The notes under the pieces were generated by a model that did not search any database, was not told the DNA's origin, and saw only the letters and a list, made by a program, of their open reading frames with translations. Positions 38,220 to 51,368 of a stretch of 64,000 nt of DNA are shown here, in pieces; position 1 is the first letter of the stretch; every line of letters begins with the position of its first letter. The DNA is from Octopus sinensis. Lineage: Eukaryota. A program made the translations under genes and the position numbers. The stretch is from contig NW_021835982.1 of assembly GCF_006345805.1 (NCBI RefSeq), forward strand, positions 1 to 64,000. Direction: 5' to 3'.

Positions 38220-39397
38220 TTTCCAAAATTACATAAAATATCTTGAAATACTAACGAGTAAATTTATTCAATAAAATCGTCATTCGCTTCAACGACGGCC
38301 TCCAGACGACTTCGGAATCTGCTGCAACTCTTTTGGACGGTCTCCTTGTTTAAGTTGGTAGATCCTGCCATAATCTTTGCCTTCAGTTCAGCTTTGGTGT
38401 AACAAGGCGTTTTGCTACTATCTCGCTCAACAGCGCCCCACACATAATAATCAAGGGGGTTGCAGTTTGGGGAGTTAAGTGGCCTGATCGTAGGTGTGAT
38501 GTGGTCAGAGAAATTGTCTGACAGCCATGACTGAGTTCTCCTGCTTGTGTGACATGGTGCAGAGTCCTGTTGGCAGTCACAGGTTCTTCCAGTAGCCACC
38601 CTCTTGACCCAGGAGATACATCAAATACCTCTTCCCGGTACTTGATGTAAGCCCCCGTGTTGAGTCTGAGACCGTGTGGGAAGATGAATGGAGGTATCGC
38701 GTCTCCCTCACAACTGATCACTCCAAACACCATGATTTTTTATTTTTATCACTCTCGGTACATGGTTTCGGGACACGGCAAGCTAACGGTTGCTCTGTGT
38801 GTTCGCCATCTGGTCCTGGCAGAAATTTTTCTCGTCTGAGAGAAACCAAAGCATGTTCGGTTGAAGATGATGCTTGTGTTTGTGCGTTGCTCGGCCTTTC
38901 CTCTTGTCCTTGATGGCTCGGGATAAAAATTGGCCGTTTTTTATCTTGTATGGGGAATACCGAATGTTGTCATGCACTACCTGCCTGATTAGAAACTCAG
39001 ACACTCCTATGTCATTGGCGATGTACCTGTTTGTTTTCCAGGAATCATTGTCAATTATGACTTGGATCTCACCAACAAATTTTAGAGTTTTCCAAGCTGC
39101 CGTACCTTCGTAATTACCATTAGACTCATCCCACTCTTTCTGAATCACCTGCGCTGACCTCAAATTGACAACCAAATACTGACATGTTCGTATTGGGGCT
39201 TTAGGTGCGAATGCCAAGCAGTACAGCATGTCGTTTCCAAATTTCTGGCAGAGTGAATTGCATCATGTTGCTGTTCTTCTCACAGACAGTATCCAACTGA
39301 CTCTTCTATAATGTGTAGTCGGCAAAATCTAAAACAAACAATGCATATGCCTGAAATTTAAATTATAAAATAGTAATAGTTTACCCATGGCAACCTG
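38220..39397 (-). mobile_element. Tc1/mariner superfamily, DD37D (maT-like) transposase remnant
   Basis: SDEKNF (first D), QQDSAPCH...SPNCNPLDYYVW with 37 residues counted between the second and third D. Candidate TIR TA|CAGGTTGCCATGGG at the 39397 end; the other TIR was not found. Confidence 0.85.
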
Positions 39398-39856
39398 TAT
39401 ATGTATGTATATATAGAGAGAGATGTATATAGATATATGTGTGTGTATATTGGTATCCGTACATAATGAACATCCATAAATAATATATTCTATGCAGTCA
39501 TACTGACATACATAGGAAGTATGAGTGTTTGGTCAACCAGATTCGCCAGGAGCCATGTGAGCGTCGACTTGTGAGTTCGATTCTGCTTGGGGTTAGCTCG
39601 TCATTTGAAATTCTTTTGTTTATATTTAAAAAATTGACGATTCAAATCGGAGAATGTATATCATTATGATATATATTATATAGTTATTATACAGCTATTA
39701 TACAGTTATTATACTATGAGTGTTCTATACTAGCTTTTTGTCTGTAACTCGCAAAACCATTCGGGGTTGTTAATAACAAGATTATTTATGTAGTAGAGAG
39801 AATAATATAGGTAGATAGATAAATGGATAAATATATATATATATTATATTATATAT

Positions 39857-39979
<123 letters not shown>

Positions 39980-40434
39980 TCATACGTGTGGTGTGTGTGT
40001 GTGTGCGTGTGTGTGTGCGTGCGTGTGTATAGATATATACATATGTGCGTATTTCTGTATTTGCGTTTGAATATTTGTAGATACATATTGATATGTTTAT
40101 TTACGTCATTTTTGATATGCATAAACACGAACGTACATTTATGATTATTTATGTAGTACTTTGGCAAGCTGATGCTTGTTTCGGGTCTAGTGTCTATCCA
40201 CAAAGACACTTGTTACACTATAAGGCATTAAACGAAGTGGGAAGAAAAAACGTTGATAAAATGACAAGATTTAATATTCCGAAAACTAAATTACAAGTTT
40301 ATACCTAAGAGAAAAGAAGAGCACTTGACGTTTAGTATATTTTAAAGAGTGCAATATCATACACATACTCGTCTATATATTTACTCCCTACTTACGCAAA
40401 TAGATACCTATGTGCATGTTTATGTGTGTGAGTC

Positions 40435-40486
<52 letters not shown>

Positions 40487-40878
40487 CAGTAGAAGATTGT
40501 ATAATATATCGAATATTATTTTAAAGATCTGAAAAAATTTGAAAAGGTATTTTTGAAAAATATATTAAAATTTACTGATTTTGATTTAGGTAGGTAGACA
40601 TTGGTATGAAAATTTTAAAGTTTGTATATATATCCTTGGTAAGTTCATCTTGGTAATCCATGGATAATTTTGTGTAAGTGTTACCTTATCCTGCATTCCA
40701 TATTTGAAACGAAGAAGTTTGATTTTGGTGAAAGTATTACAATTATATTTTTTCTTTGTATAATTGGAAGATATCAATTTAAATCTGATTTTTTTATTAC
40801 AACTGTAAAGGTCTATTTATTTACATTATTTTCATTATTTATATTTGACGAATATTTGTCCTCATCTTGTTTGTTGTT

Positions 40879-40924
40879 AACACAACGTTTCGGTTGATAT
40901 ACCCTCCAGCCTTCATCAGGTGTC
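40879..40924 (-). ncRNA. minimal type I hammerhead ribozyme-like motif
   Basis: GACAC-CTGATGAA-GGCTG..CAACC-GAAAC-GTT-GTGTT: stem I GACAC/GTGTT, palindromic ACGT stem III, one mismatch in stem II. Confidence 0.65.
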
Positions 40925-41026
40925 TAGGGGAAATTTCGAACCTTGGTTCTCATTCCTAAGGTATTTTTTGAAGTTGCTATTATTATTATTATTATTATAT
41001 TATTATTATTATTATTATTATTATTA

Positions 41027-41089
<63 letters not shown>

Positions 41090-41091
<2 letters not shown>

Positions 41092-41852
41092 TAGTTTTAT
41101 TTTTATAGCGTGCTTTCACTTCACTACCGAGCGCAGCTCTGTGTGCCTTGGGTATGTGCTGTGATTTTTTGTGATGCTCTGATGGTTATTGTATGGAAAG
41201 TGTTCTGCGTAGGATGTGTGCAGTGCCTAGTAGTGCAATTTTCTGTATGTTGTATGTGTTTGTAAGTCCTGGTGTTTTTGTTATGCATTTGTCTGAATAT
41301 TTTTTTATCATGCCTAATGCACCTACTATGATAGGAATTGTTTCTGTTTTCAGATTCCACATTTTAGTTACCTCTATTTCCAGGTCTTTGTATTTTGAGA
41401 GTTTCTCCATTTCTTTTAGAGACACTTTGTCATCTGCCGGTATTGATACATCAATTAGAAAGCATTTTTTTTTCTTCATGATCTCTGACAACTATATCTG
41501 GTCTGTTGGCCTTAATTTCTCTATCTGTGTGTATCGGCATATCCCAGAGTATGGTTGCTTTCTCGTTTTCTGTGACCTTTTCTGGTGTGTGCCTATACCA
41601 TCTTTTTTCTGTTGTTATTCCATAATGTTGGCATAGCTTCCAATGTATGTAGGTTCCAACTCTGTCATGTCTGTGAATATATTCCTTCTTAGCCAGGACT
41701 GGGCAGCTAGAGATAATATGATTTATTGTTTCTTGTCCATCTCCACATATTCTGCAGTTACTTGTAATATTTCTTTTCATTACATGTTTTTGGTAATTTC
41801 TGGTGGGGAGGCTTTGGTCTTGTGCTGCAATTAAAAATCCCTCTGTTTCTGC
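41090..41852 (-). mobile_element. Dong/R4-like RLE non-LTR retrotransposon, 5'-truncated, inside (TAA)n
   Basis: AETEGFLIAAQDQSL, CCHC motif CRICGDGQETINHIISSC, RPDIVV...LIDVSIP...EKLSKYKDL RLE motif, PIIVGALG. Flanked by (TAA)n arrays at 40977-41088 and 41853-41928. Confidence 0.9.
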
Positions 41853-41869
41853 TAATAATAATAATAATA

Positions 41870-41910
<41 letters not shown>

Positions 41911-41931
41911 CATTATTATTATTATTATCAA

Positions 41932-42006
41932 GATCACTGCCTGGAATCGAACTCCGAATCTTCGGGTTTGTAGCTCGCGCTCTTAATCACTATACCACAT
42001 GACCCT
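41932..42006 (-). other. tRNA-like Pol III head (A/B boxes) of the repeat hosting the Dong insertion
   Basis: GGGTCATGTGGTATAGTGATTAAGAGCGCGAGCTACAAACCCGAAGATTCGGAGTTCGATTCCAGGCAGTGATC (75 nt). Not a convincing functional cloverleaf. Confidence 0.6.
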
Positions 42007-42415
42007 GGTTATATGGCGTAGGCCTATTTATTTTAGGTTAAATGTGTACGGGTTCAAATTCTAAGAAAACCAATTTATCAATCGTTTAATGTATAATATA
42101 TGTCGTGTAAATATGTTTATAGTCAAAAATTTTAGTCTATAATTATCTCCTTATTTTGTTTATAATTATAATTTATAATTATCTCCTTATTTTGATATCG
42201 CTACTATCAATAATAATAGACTCCAATGTAAATCTTTATTGGAGTTTTCATAATATTTTTGTATGTATGTATATATATATATTATATATATATATATATA
42301 CGCGCATAAAGTTACATAATGGACATGTATACAGACACAGATGTGTATGTATGTATGTGTGTGTGTGAGTGCGTGTGTGTGTGAGTACGTGTGTGTGTGA
42401 GTGCGTGTGTGTGTT

Positions 42416-44310
42416 CTAGGTGAATGACCCGGCATTACCGGGGTTACTGCTGTTCTTATCACGATTAGTAAACAAAAAATATAAAAATATATTCACAGAG
42501 GTATTTATTGAAAAATATCCAAATTGTAATCATAATAGAATTTCGAATTGAAAACCTGTCAACACTCAAGCACCTCAGGGTAAACAATATTCATTGTATA
42601 ATTTTTTTTTTTTTGGTGTCGAAATGAATAAATTGTCGCAGCTTCCAACTGGTGAGCAAGCAGATTAGAGTTGGCCGTGGAAGAAGCATGTAGTAGAGAG
42701 ATCGAGTTCTGAGGGATTGACCCTGAGATTTGTTAATTGAAATACTAAAACTTAGTTTGACTGGAAATTGAAGTGTCTTACATTCAAATCGAGCATCTGT
42801 AGCTACGAGAGGATTTTTGGGAATAAAGACATTTTCTCCTTTCTGACTACCTGTTATGATTTTTGCCTGTATGACATGGGGCTTCATGGAAGTAACGAAT
42901 AAGCGAGTTCCATTACACAGGTGAGATGGGTCAAGATTCCTAAGCAACATAATAGGAGCACACAGTTTTAGTGTCAAGTTAAGCGGTGGCATCCCAGTGG
43001 TTCAGTGTGTTCAGAAATTCAACAACCTGATTTTGATCGGCTGTTGTCGATTGACCGAAAACACATCTCTGATGTATTCGTTAACTTTTGAAGATTTTCA
43101 TGATTGAGTTTATCAATCATTTCATTAGTTGGAGCTAGTATAGCCCATTCGCATAGCAAGTTTACATCAGTGTGTGGAGGCGCAATGGCCCAGTGGTTAG
43201 GGCAGCGGACTCGCGGTCATAGGATCGCGGTTTCGATTCCCAGACCGGGCGTTGTGAGTGTTTATTGAGCGAAAACACCTAAAGCTCCACGAGGCTCCGG
43301 CAGGGGATGGTGGTGATCCCTGCTGTACTCTTTCACCAGAACGTTCTCTCACTCTTACTTCCTGTTTCTGTTGTACCTGTATTTCAAAGGGCCGGCCTTG
43401 TCACTCTCTGTGTCACGCTGAATATCCCCGAGAACTACGTTAAGGGTACACGTGTCTGTGGAGTGCTCAGCCACTTACACGTTAATTTCACGAGCAGGCT
43501 GTTCCGTTGATTCGGATCAACCGGAACCCCCGTCGTCGTAACCGACGGAGTGCTTCCATTCCACATCAGTGTACTTGACAGATAAATTAGGAAATACTAA
43601 GAGAAAGCATGTAATTTCATGTAGCTGAAGTCTTGAGTTGAATGTGAATATCCCATTATCAATATTAAGAAGCTCATATGATCACCGTGTAGAAGTATTC
43701 TAATGCTGCTTGTAAAATGAAGGATTTTCACGTCTCCAAAGTTTTTGAAGCATGCATTGACTTCATCAGCTTTTGATCGTTTGGGGATGACTGACAACGT
43801 TTGACCAAAACCCCCTGCAAGGATTTTACTTCTCCCATGAGCGTGCTATTGATTCTTATGTCTTGGAGGGTACGGTCAAGTACCTCTGGAGTTCCTCGGT
43901 GTGACAGTGCACTCATGCCAAAAAATTAGACAAGTTTGTTGGAGAACTGTTCCCATTGCAGAGTTTCTAGAAATGTTGCACATTTGAGTTTCTTTCATTG
44001 CAACATTTAGAAGGAGCTTGAACATGGAATGAGTAGTTCTTCTTCCATTGAGGAGAGTAGCTGCAATGCCAGAAGATGCAACACTGGAAGAAGGTAAGAT
44101 TTTATTTCCTCCTATTTAGGACTGAAGGAGAAGTTGACTAAAAGATCTGGTTTTCCATATGTCCTGACATATGTCATAGCATCTTGTGTTCGTTTGTGTA
44201 TATATCGAGGTCCACCTGTGAATGATGATGGGAGGATTATAAGTTGCCCCATGTTTTGGATATTACCATCTGTCCTCGGAGCATCTTGGAGATGAAAATA
44301 ATTTTTAGCA
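42416..44310 (-). mobile_element. Helitron (Rep/PIF1 helicase) remnant, internally deleted, with 3' terminus
   Basis: Rep motif LPSSFTGGPRY...QDAMTYVRTYGKPDL (44112-44310); PIF1 motifs VASSGIAATLL, DRTLQDIR, MLLRNLDP..LCNGTRL, SINKSQGQSL; 3' hairpin CCCGGTAATGCCGGG followed by CTAG at 42416-42419 (next base is A rather than the usual T). Confidence 0.9.
43174..43562 (+). mobile_element. SINE family A (tail i) nested in the Helitron, 10-bp TSD
   Basis: TSD ACATCAGTGT at 43164-43173 and 43563-43572. Confidence 0.92.
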
Positions 44311-44520
44311 TCTTTCACTCTTTTATTTGTTTCAGTCATTTGACTGCGGCCATGCTGGAGCACCGCCTTTTAGTCGAGCAAATCGACCCCAGGACTTATT
44401 CTTTTTAAGCCTAGTACTTATTCTATCGGTCTCTTTTGCCGAACCGCTACGTTAAGGGGATGGAAACTCACCAGCATTGATTGTCAAGCGATGTTGGGGG
44501 AACAAACACAGACACAAACA
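44311..44520 (-). mobile_element. SINE family B 3' fragment
   Basis: Tail homology. Confidence 0.8.
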
Positions 44521-45088
44521 TATACGTTCCACAGAATAAGAGGATAATGGAGACCATCATAAGAGGGGTGTGTCTCTGAAACACGTCTAAGATTGTTATC
44601 TCGAGCACGAATGAGACTATCACGATTTTCATGGAGATCACTTACCATAAAGATGGTTATTTCATTAGATGTGGGCTCATTAGAACGGCGTAAAATGTCC
44701 TTTACGATAATTGACTATAGACGTAACGAACGCGGAAACACACAAACACACACACACACATTCACAGACACATAGGCACTCATAAAACTAATAATATTGA
44801 AAACAGCAAAACGTATATATGCGAAATTCCCGCAAAACGAAATGTATACGATATTGGTGCAAAATATACTTTCTGTAGTATAGATATGCTTTTGAAATTT
44901 TTTTTTGAATATTTCCAGAAGAAATATTCCAGCGTCGAAAAGTCACCAATGTAAGAACTCTTTTACCCTTTTACTTGTTTGAGTCATTTGACTTCGGCCA
45001 TGCTGGAGGGCCACCTTCTAGTTGAACAAATCAACCCCAGGACTTATTTTTTGTAAGTATTTATTCTATCGGTTTCTTTCGATATATA

Positions 45089-45334
45089 ACGTGATCACGT
45101 GACCGACCAGGCTATCAGATGTTGCTACACATCGCTGGTCACAATGCGCTTCACATTGTTTTAGCCTTCAAATGGCGCCACCCCGCCAACGGAAGAAAGA
45201 GTGAGAGAAAGTTGCGGCAAATGAGTACAGCAGAAATCGCCGCCACTCCCTGCCGGAGCCTTGTGGAGCTTTTGGTGCTTTCGCTCAATAAACACTCACA
45301 ACGCCACGATCCAACCAATGGGCTATTGCGCCGC

Positions 45335-45337
<3 letters not shown>
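45089..45337 (-). mobile_element. SINE family A with tail iii, internally deleted head
   Basis: Homologous to 32516-32737; a further tail-iii fragment lies at 45857-45965 (+). Confidence 0.7.
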
Positions 45338-45368
<31 letters not shown>

Positions 45369-45385
45369 GTATATTCCTAATTATG

Positions 45386-45424
<39 letters not shown>

Positions 45425-45788
45425 GAACGCATATTCCCAATTATGTATGTGTGTGTGTATGTATATATATATATATATATATTATATACATACATTGTTG
45501 TGTCTAGGGAGAGTCATCATCATGCCAATAAAATTAACACACACACTGGTTCAATACCACGCGTTTATTAAATCGCTTATCTTTTTTCAAAGATCTTTCG
45601 TTGCTTTTTTGTGATTGTATACAAAAAAACTAAGGTATTTAATAAATGAGTGGAATTTAACCAGTGTATGTCTTAATTATCATGGCATAATCACTCTGCG
45701 TAGACACAATAAAGATCTGTTTCAACGCACGAATTCACATAGAGTGTCTTGCAAACCAGATACGAAACGAAGTATGTATATACATATA

Positions 45789-45858
<70 letters not shown>

Positions 45859-46189
45859 TGGCCTGCTCGCTTAGCCAGCGGGGTGGCGTCATTCGAAGGC
45901 TAAAACAATGCGAACGCATTGTGACCAGCGATGTGTACCAACATCTGATGGTCTGGTCGGTCACGTAAAAAAAAAAAATATATATATATACATATACATA
46001 TATATATATATGTATATATATTTATATACATATATATTCTTTTGCTTGTTTCAGTCATTTGATTGCAGCTATGCTGGAGCACTGCCTTTAGACGGCTTGA
46101 GGGTATAGTAGAAGACATTTGCTCAGGATGCCACAGGACTGAATACGGAACCATTTGGTTGGTAAGCAAGCAACTTACCACTCTTATTT

Positions 46190-46400
46190 ATAGTGAGAAT
46201 TTACAAAAACAAAGAAACAAATGATGAATACAGGTGTGTAAACAACAAACAGATGTATTAGTTTAACGCTCGGGAAGTGAGAAAGTCTTTTATGTTTCGA
46301 GCCTACGCTCTTCGACAGAAAGGAACACATAAATAAACAGGGAGAGAAAATAGAAAAGGGTTTAGTGGCTAGAGAAGCGACAATAACAAAAAGCAGAAAG
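46190..46400 (-). mobile_element. PLE-LTR-like repeat with hammerhead-like motif
   Basis: CTTT-CTGTCGAA-GAGCGTAGGCTC-GAAAC-ATA-AAAG at 46287-46322; homologous to 14860-15030. Confidence 0.55.
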
Positions 46401-46760
46401 TACAAAAACATTTGAAAAAGCGGTGGTTGAGTGTATTTAGTAGTGTCGAGGAGTTGTGTGTTAACATGTGGAATGCCTCTTTCAGGCATACCGTACAGGC
46501 TAAGTGTTGACCCTGGTATGGAAGCCAAGGGCCATGACATCACGTGATCGTCAAGATTATCTGTTCTTGCTATACATCGCCGATCATAATGCGCTTTACA
46601 TCGTTTTAGCTGATCGGTATGCTAGTCCAGCGTAAGGTTGACTATTTGAAGCTGAGTGAGCAAGAACAACGAGAAATGACGTGTTTTGCTTGATTTCACA
46701 ACACGCAGTAGTTCTGGGAATTCAGAAGACGATCTTCCGAGCATGAATGCAACGTACCTT

Positions 46761-47175
46761 AGGCGCAGGAGTGGCTGTTTGGTAAGTAGCTTGTTTACCA
46801 ACCACATGGTTCCGGGTTCAGTCCCACTGCATGGCACCTTGGGCAAGTGTCTTCTACTATAGTCTCGGGCCGATCAAAGCCTTGTGAGTGGATTTGGTAT
46901 ACGGAAACTGAAAGAAGCCCGCCGTATATATGTATATATATATATGCGTGTGTGTGTTTGTGTGTCTGTATTTGTCCCCCTAGCATGGCTTGACAACTGA
47001 TGCTGGTGTGTTTATGTCCCCGTTACTTAGCGGTTCGGCAAAAGAGACCGATAGAATAAGTACTGGGCTTACAAAGAATAAGTCCCGGGGTCGAGTTGCT
47101 CGATTAAAGGCGGTACTCCAGCATGGTCGCAGTCAAATGACTGAAACAAGTAAAAGAGTAAAAGAGTAAAGAGTA
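46761..47175 (+). mobile_element. SINE family B, full length
   Basis: Head, CORE-like motif and tail all present. Confidence 0.88.
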
Positions 47176-47199
47176 CCTAACCACTAAACCACGTTCCTT

Positions 47200-47400
47200 C
47201 GCACATATTCTTATGTATATATGATTGACCGCTAAATCCACAAGTATTTTTTTTTCTCATTCTCTCTCTGCTTATTTCCTTGTGTTCCTGTCTGTTGAAG
47301 AGCGTACACTCGAAACCTAAAAGACTTTCTCACTCTCCTGAGCATCAAACAAATACACCTGCATGTTGTTTATAAACAAGCGTTTTGTTTTTCTGTAAAT
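47200..47400 (+). mobile_element. PLE-LTR-like repeat with decayed hammerhead-like motif
   Basis: CTGTTGAAGAGCGTACACTCGAAACCTAAAAGAC at about 47292-47325. Confidence 0.5.
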
Positions 47401-47478
47401 TTCAACTATATATACATACATATTTATGTGTGTATGTGTGTGTGTGTGTGTGTGTTTATGTATGTTTGTATATGTATG

Positions 47479-47644
47479 GGGTGCAGGCATGGCTTTGTGA
47501 TAAGAATCTTATTTCCACACATGTTCTGGGTTCAGTCCCACTGTGTGGAAACTTGGGCAAGTGTCTTCTACTATATCCTAGGGCCGACCAAACCCTTGTG
47601 AGTGGATTTGGTAGACAGATACTGAAAGAAGACCGTCGTATATG

Positions 47645-47699
<55 letters not shown>

Positions 47700-47935
47700 G
47701 GGGGCTGTATGTGTGTATTCATTTGTATGTGTGTGTCTGTATTTGTTCCTCCACCATGACTTCACAACCGATGTTAGTGCGTTTACTGTCCCCATAAAAT
47801 AGCGCTTCGTCAAGAGAGACCGATAGAATAAGTACTAGGCTTACAAACAATAAGTCCTGATATCGATTTGTTCGACTAAAGGCGGTGCTCCAGCATGACG
47901 ACAGTCAAAAGACTGAAACAAATAAAAGAATAAAA
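47479..47935 (+). mobile_element. SINE family B, diverged
   Basis: Head, CORE-like motif and tail homology. Confidence 0.8.
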
Positions 47936-47950
47936 TAATATATATATATA

Positions 47951-48356
47951 GGCGCAGGAGTGGCTGTGTGGTAAGTAGCTTGTTTACCAACCACATGGTT
48001 CCGGGTTCAGTCCCACTGCGTGGCATCTTGGGCAAGTGTCTTCTGCTATAGCCTCGGGCCGACCAATGCCTTGTGAGTGGATTTGGTAGACAGAAACTGA
48101 AAGAAGCCCGTCGTATATATGTATATATATATGTGTGTGTGCGTGTATGTTTGTGTGTCTGTGTTTGTCCCCCTACCATTGCTTGACAACCGATGCTGGT
48201 GTGTTTACGTCTCCGTTACTTAGCAGTTCGGCAAAAGAGACCGATAGAATAAGTACTGGGCTTACAAAAAAGAATAAGACCAGGGGTCTAGTTGCTCGAC
48301 TAAAGGCGGTGCTCCAGCATGGCCGCAGTCAAATGACTGAAACAAGTAAAAGAGTA
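47951..48356 (+). mobile_element. SINE family B, full length
   Basis: GGCGCAGGAGTGGCTGTGTGGTAAG head through to the GTAAAAGAGTA tail. Confidence 0.88.
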
Positions 48357-48371
48357 GAAGAGAGAGTATAT

Positions 48372-48416
<45 letters not shown>

Positions 48417-49038
48417 GAGAGAGAGGGGGAAGGAGGAATGCATACATGCATACATACTGACGTACATACTTATAGGCATATTATGTATGCGCATTGGAAT
48501 TTTTGTCTATATATACACATGTCAACAAGTTTGTTCCGATCGAAACTATATCCAGTATTGTTTCCATCCAACAGACTTCTAGCGTTAATAGTTTTCGTGT
48601 TTTTGTTTGTGTTGAGTGTTTTCTGAATAAGTGTTTCTGTTTGTGTGTGGAACCTGTGTTGTGTGTATGGGTGTGGCTGCTCGTGTATGCATGTGTACGT
48701 ATGTGTATGTATACATGCGCGTGTGTGTGTGTGTGTTCATGTGTGTGTTCTGACTATAGACTTTTAATATTGTACCAAGTTACAGTAACCTCTCCTGTGA
48801 TATCAATATCTGTATAGACGTTCGGCTGGGCAACAAATATGCATCCATACATATATATATATACATATGTGCGTGCGTGTGTGTATACACACACATATAT
48901 ATACATATATACATAAATGCACACAATCACATATATATAATGTAAAATAACATAATATATATATGTGTGTGTATGTATATATACACACACATATATATAT
49001 ATATATACAGAGACACATATATATACATACATGAATGC

Positions 49039-49072
<34 letters not shown>

Positions 49073-49824
49073 CGCACATATATATACATATATATATATA
49101 CTGATATATGTGTAGAGTTTTAGATATATATGTATATACATATATCTGTAGAGTGTTAATGTGAGACTAAATAACATAATAGGCAATACATTATGAAAAT
49201 GGCGACAATAAGAACGACAACAGCAGACTCATTTTATACCATCTAAAGTTTCATGTTTTAAAAATTATCGTACAAGTTTCAAAGCCGGCATAACTATATT
49301 TCAGCTGAACTGAAATAAGCGAACATAACACTACAATTTTATAAGTATATGTTTAATACCACTGATGAAACACAAAACCATTAATCTTGAATACAGACAC
49401 ATACATGCATAGTCACTCTCTTACAAGAAGAGAAGATCACACTTTTAAACATACAGTCTTACTTTAAATAGAAAGTGGATAACTACGGACAACTGCTTCT
49501 ACACCCAGTATATAAGTTTACGTTACAGCAGTAATAATTGGTGATCTTGCTTTCCCAAGTGAATGGCTAAGGGATACTCTGTATAAGCTCGGGTTTTTCA
49601 GAAAAAGAATCCAGCCAGCTAATTCGCACATTGCAAATAAAATCTGTAAGTGGAACAATCAAAATATGCAAGATTTTTCAGGATTTCAAAACGTGACGTT
49701 GATTATTTATATGCCAGTAAAAGAATTTTGTATTCTTCTAACAAAGTAGCTCTTTTACATAAAGAAGGAAAATTTTCCACGGATGAACCTAATCTAGTTT
49801 TGTTATTTAAAAAAACAAATTTTC

Positions 49825-50004
49825 TTTCTGTGATACACGATCCCTTTTGATCGCTTTTTTTTTCCCCCGACCACTTTTCATCGAAATTTTACATTTGTTT
49901 CCTGTATTTTTTTTCTTTTTCCTTTTCTATCTTCGAAAAGAAAAGCTCTACATTTGTATTTTCCCCCTCTGTGTCCAGCCCTGTGTGGCCAATAGAGAAA
50001 GTTG
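49825..50004 (+). mobile_element. L1/Tx1-group LINE copy B: 3' UTR only, followed by (TCTA)n
   Basis: Homologous to the reverse complement of 53313-53550 (TTTCTGTGATA..CGATCCC..TTGATC...GCTCTAC...CAGCCCT.TGTGGC.AATA.AGAAA). Confidence 0.8.
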
Positions 50005-50073
<69 letters not shown>

Positions 50074-50074
50074 C

Positions 50075-50135
<61 letters not shown>

Positions 50136-50151
50136 TATATATATATTATAT

Positions 50152-50228
<77 letters not shown>

Positions 50229-50255
50229 ATATTTATTTATCTATCTATCTATCTA

Positions 50256-50289
<34 letters not shown>

Positions 50290-50302
50290 ACTATCTGTCT
50301 CC

Positions 50303-50350
<48 letters not shown>
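50005..50350. repeat. (TCTA)n/(TC)n/(TA)n compound microsatellite
   Basis: Direct reading. Confidence 0.96.
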
Positions 50351-51139
50351 TTGTGTCTCTATGTGTCAGTCTGTCTTTCTATATACCTATCTGTCTATAC
50401 ATTCCTGCATAATACAAATGCACGTACATACAGATACGTAAATATAGTCCCTCTGATACTTTGATAGCAACAACGTGTCAGTGGTACTGTTAAAATATAC
50501 AAAACATTCATGAAGCCCAGCTGTAAGAAAATCCACATTTTCAACGTCCTCTATGCCTACGCCTGTGTGTATATACGCTCATACATATGTGTATGTCTAC
50601 ATGTGTTCATGCACACACACACACGCACTCGCGCATACACACACACGCATATACATACGCGTATGCATGCCTACTTACATACATGCGTAGATGTATTCAT
50701 ATGTACAAAACGAATCTGTTTGATGTTATCTCAGTTCCAGCGGAAGAATCTTGTTTCTTGGTTAGAAATCGATTCCTCCACTGGAGAGGAATTTGCAAAT
50801 TACTATTTAGCAAGCATTAATTGTGTGCATGGATATTATATACGATAACTTTGATAAACATCTATATAATTATGTGAAAATATAATCTGCAGTGGGGTTT
50901 CTAACTCGGGATAACTTAATTTCATGACACAGCTGCTGAATTGTAGAAAAATATATATTCTTACTTAGAAAAGATGCAAACGAACTATTATTGGCGTGAA
51001 GAATTTATTCTAAGTATTAGAAATGCGATAGCTTAAGTTTAATTTTTTTAAATGGTAGAAGAAATTATAGCTGCATTAAAAGTACATGTGTATGACAACC
51101 TGCCAGAACATCCTGGTAAGCTAAACTAGAAGTTAATTT

Positions 51140-51368
51140 CACAAGTTTCTTGACTCGGTAAACCACCGCCTATTACTTGTCAAGCTTCAAGCATATAGTT
51201 TCCATCCGGATATTGTACGATAGGTTGGTGCCTTCCTCTCAGATCGCTCCTTCCAAGTCCAAGTTAATGGTTCGCGGTCCGACGTCTCCAGTGCGAGCAG
51301 TGGCGTGCCTCAAGGTTCAGTGCTTGGGCCCTTATTGTTCTTAGTCTTCATAAATGACTTGCCCGACG
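51140..51368 (+). mobile_element. CR1/Jockey-group RT fragment
   Basis: Manual translation: DSVNHRLLLVKLQAY...FLSDRSFQVQVNGSRS...SGVPQGSVLGPLLFLVFINDLPD. Confidence 0.85.

Noticed and set aside
43174-43250. tRNA genes at the SINE heads
   Set aside because: A/B boxes are present but run straight into SINE bodies with TSDs; no complete acceptor stem.
44525-44595. GAGAC/GTCTC stem followed by GAAACACGTC
   Set aside because: No CTGANGA core or stem I is recognisable.
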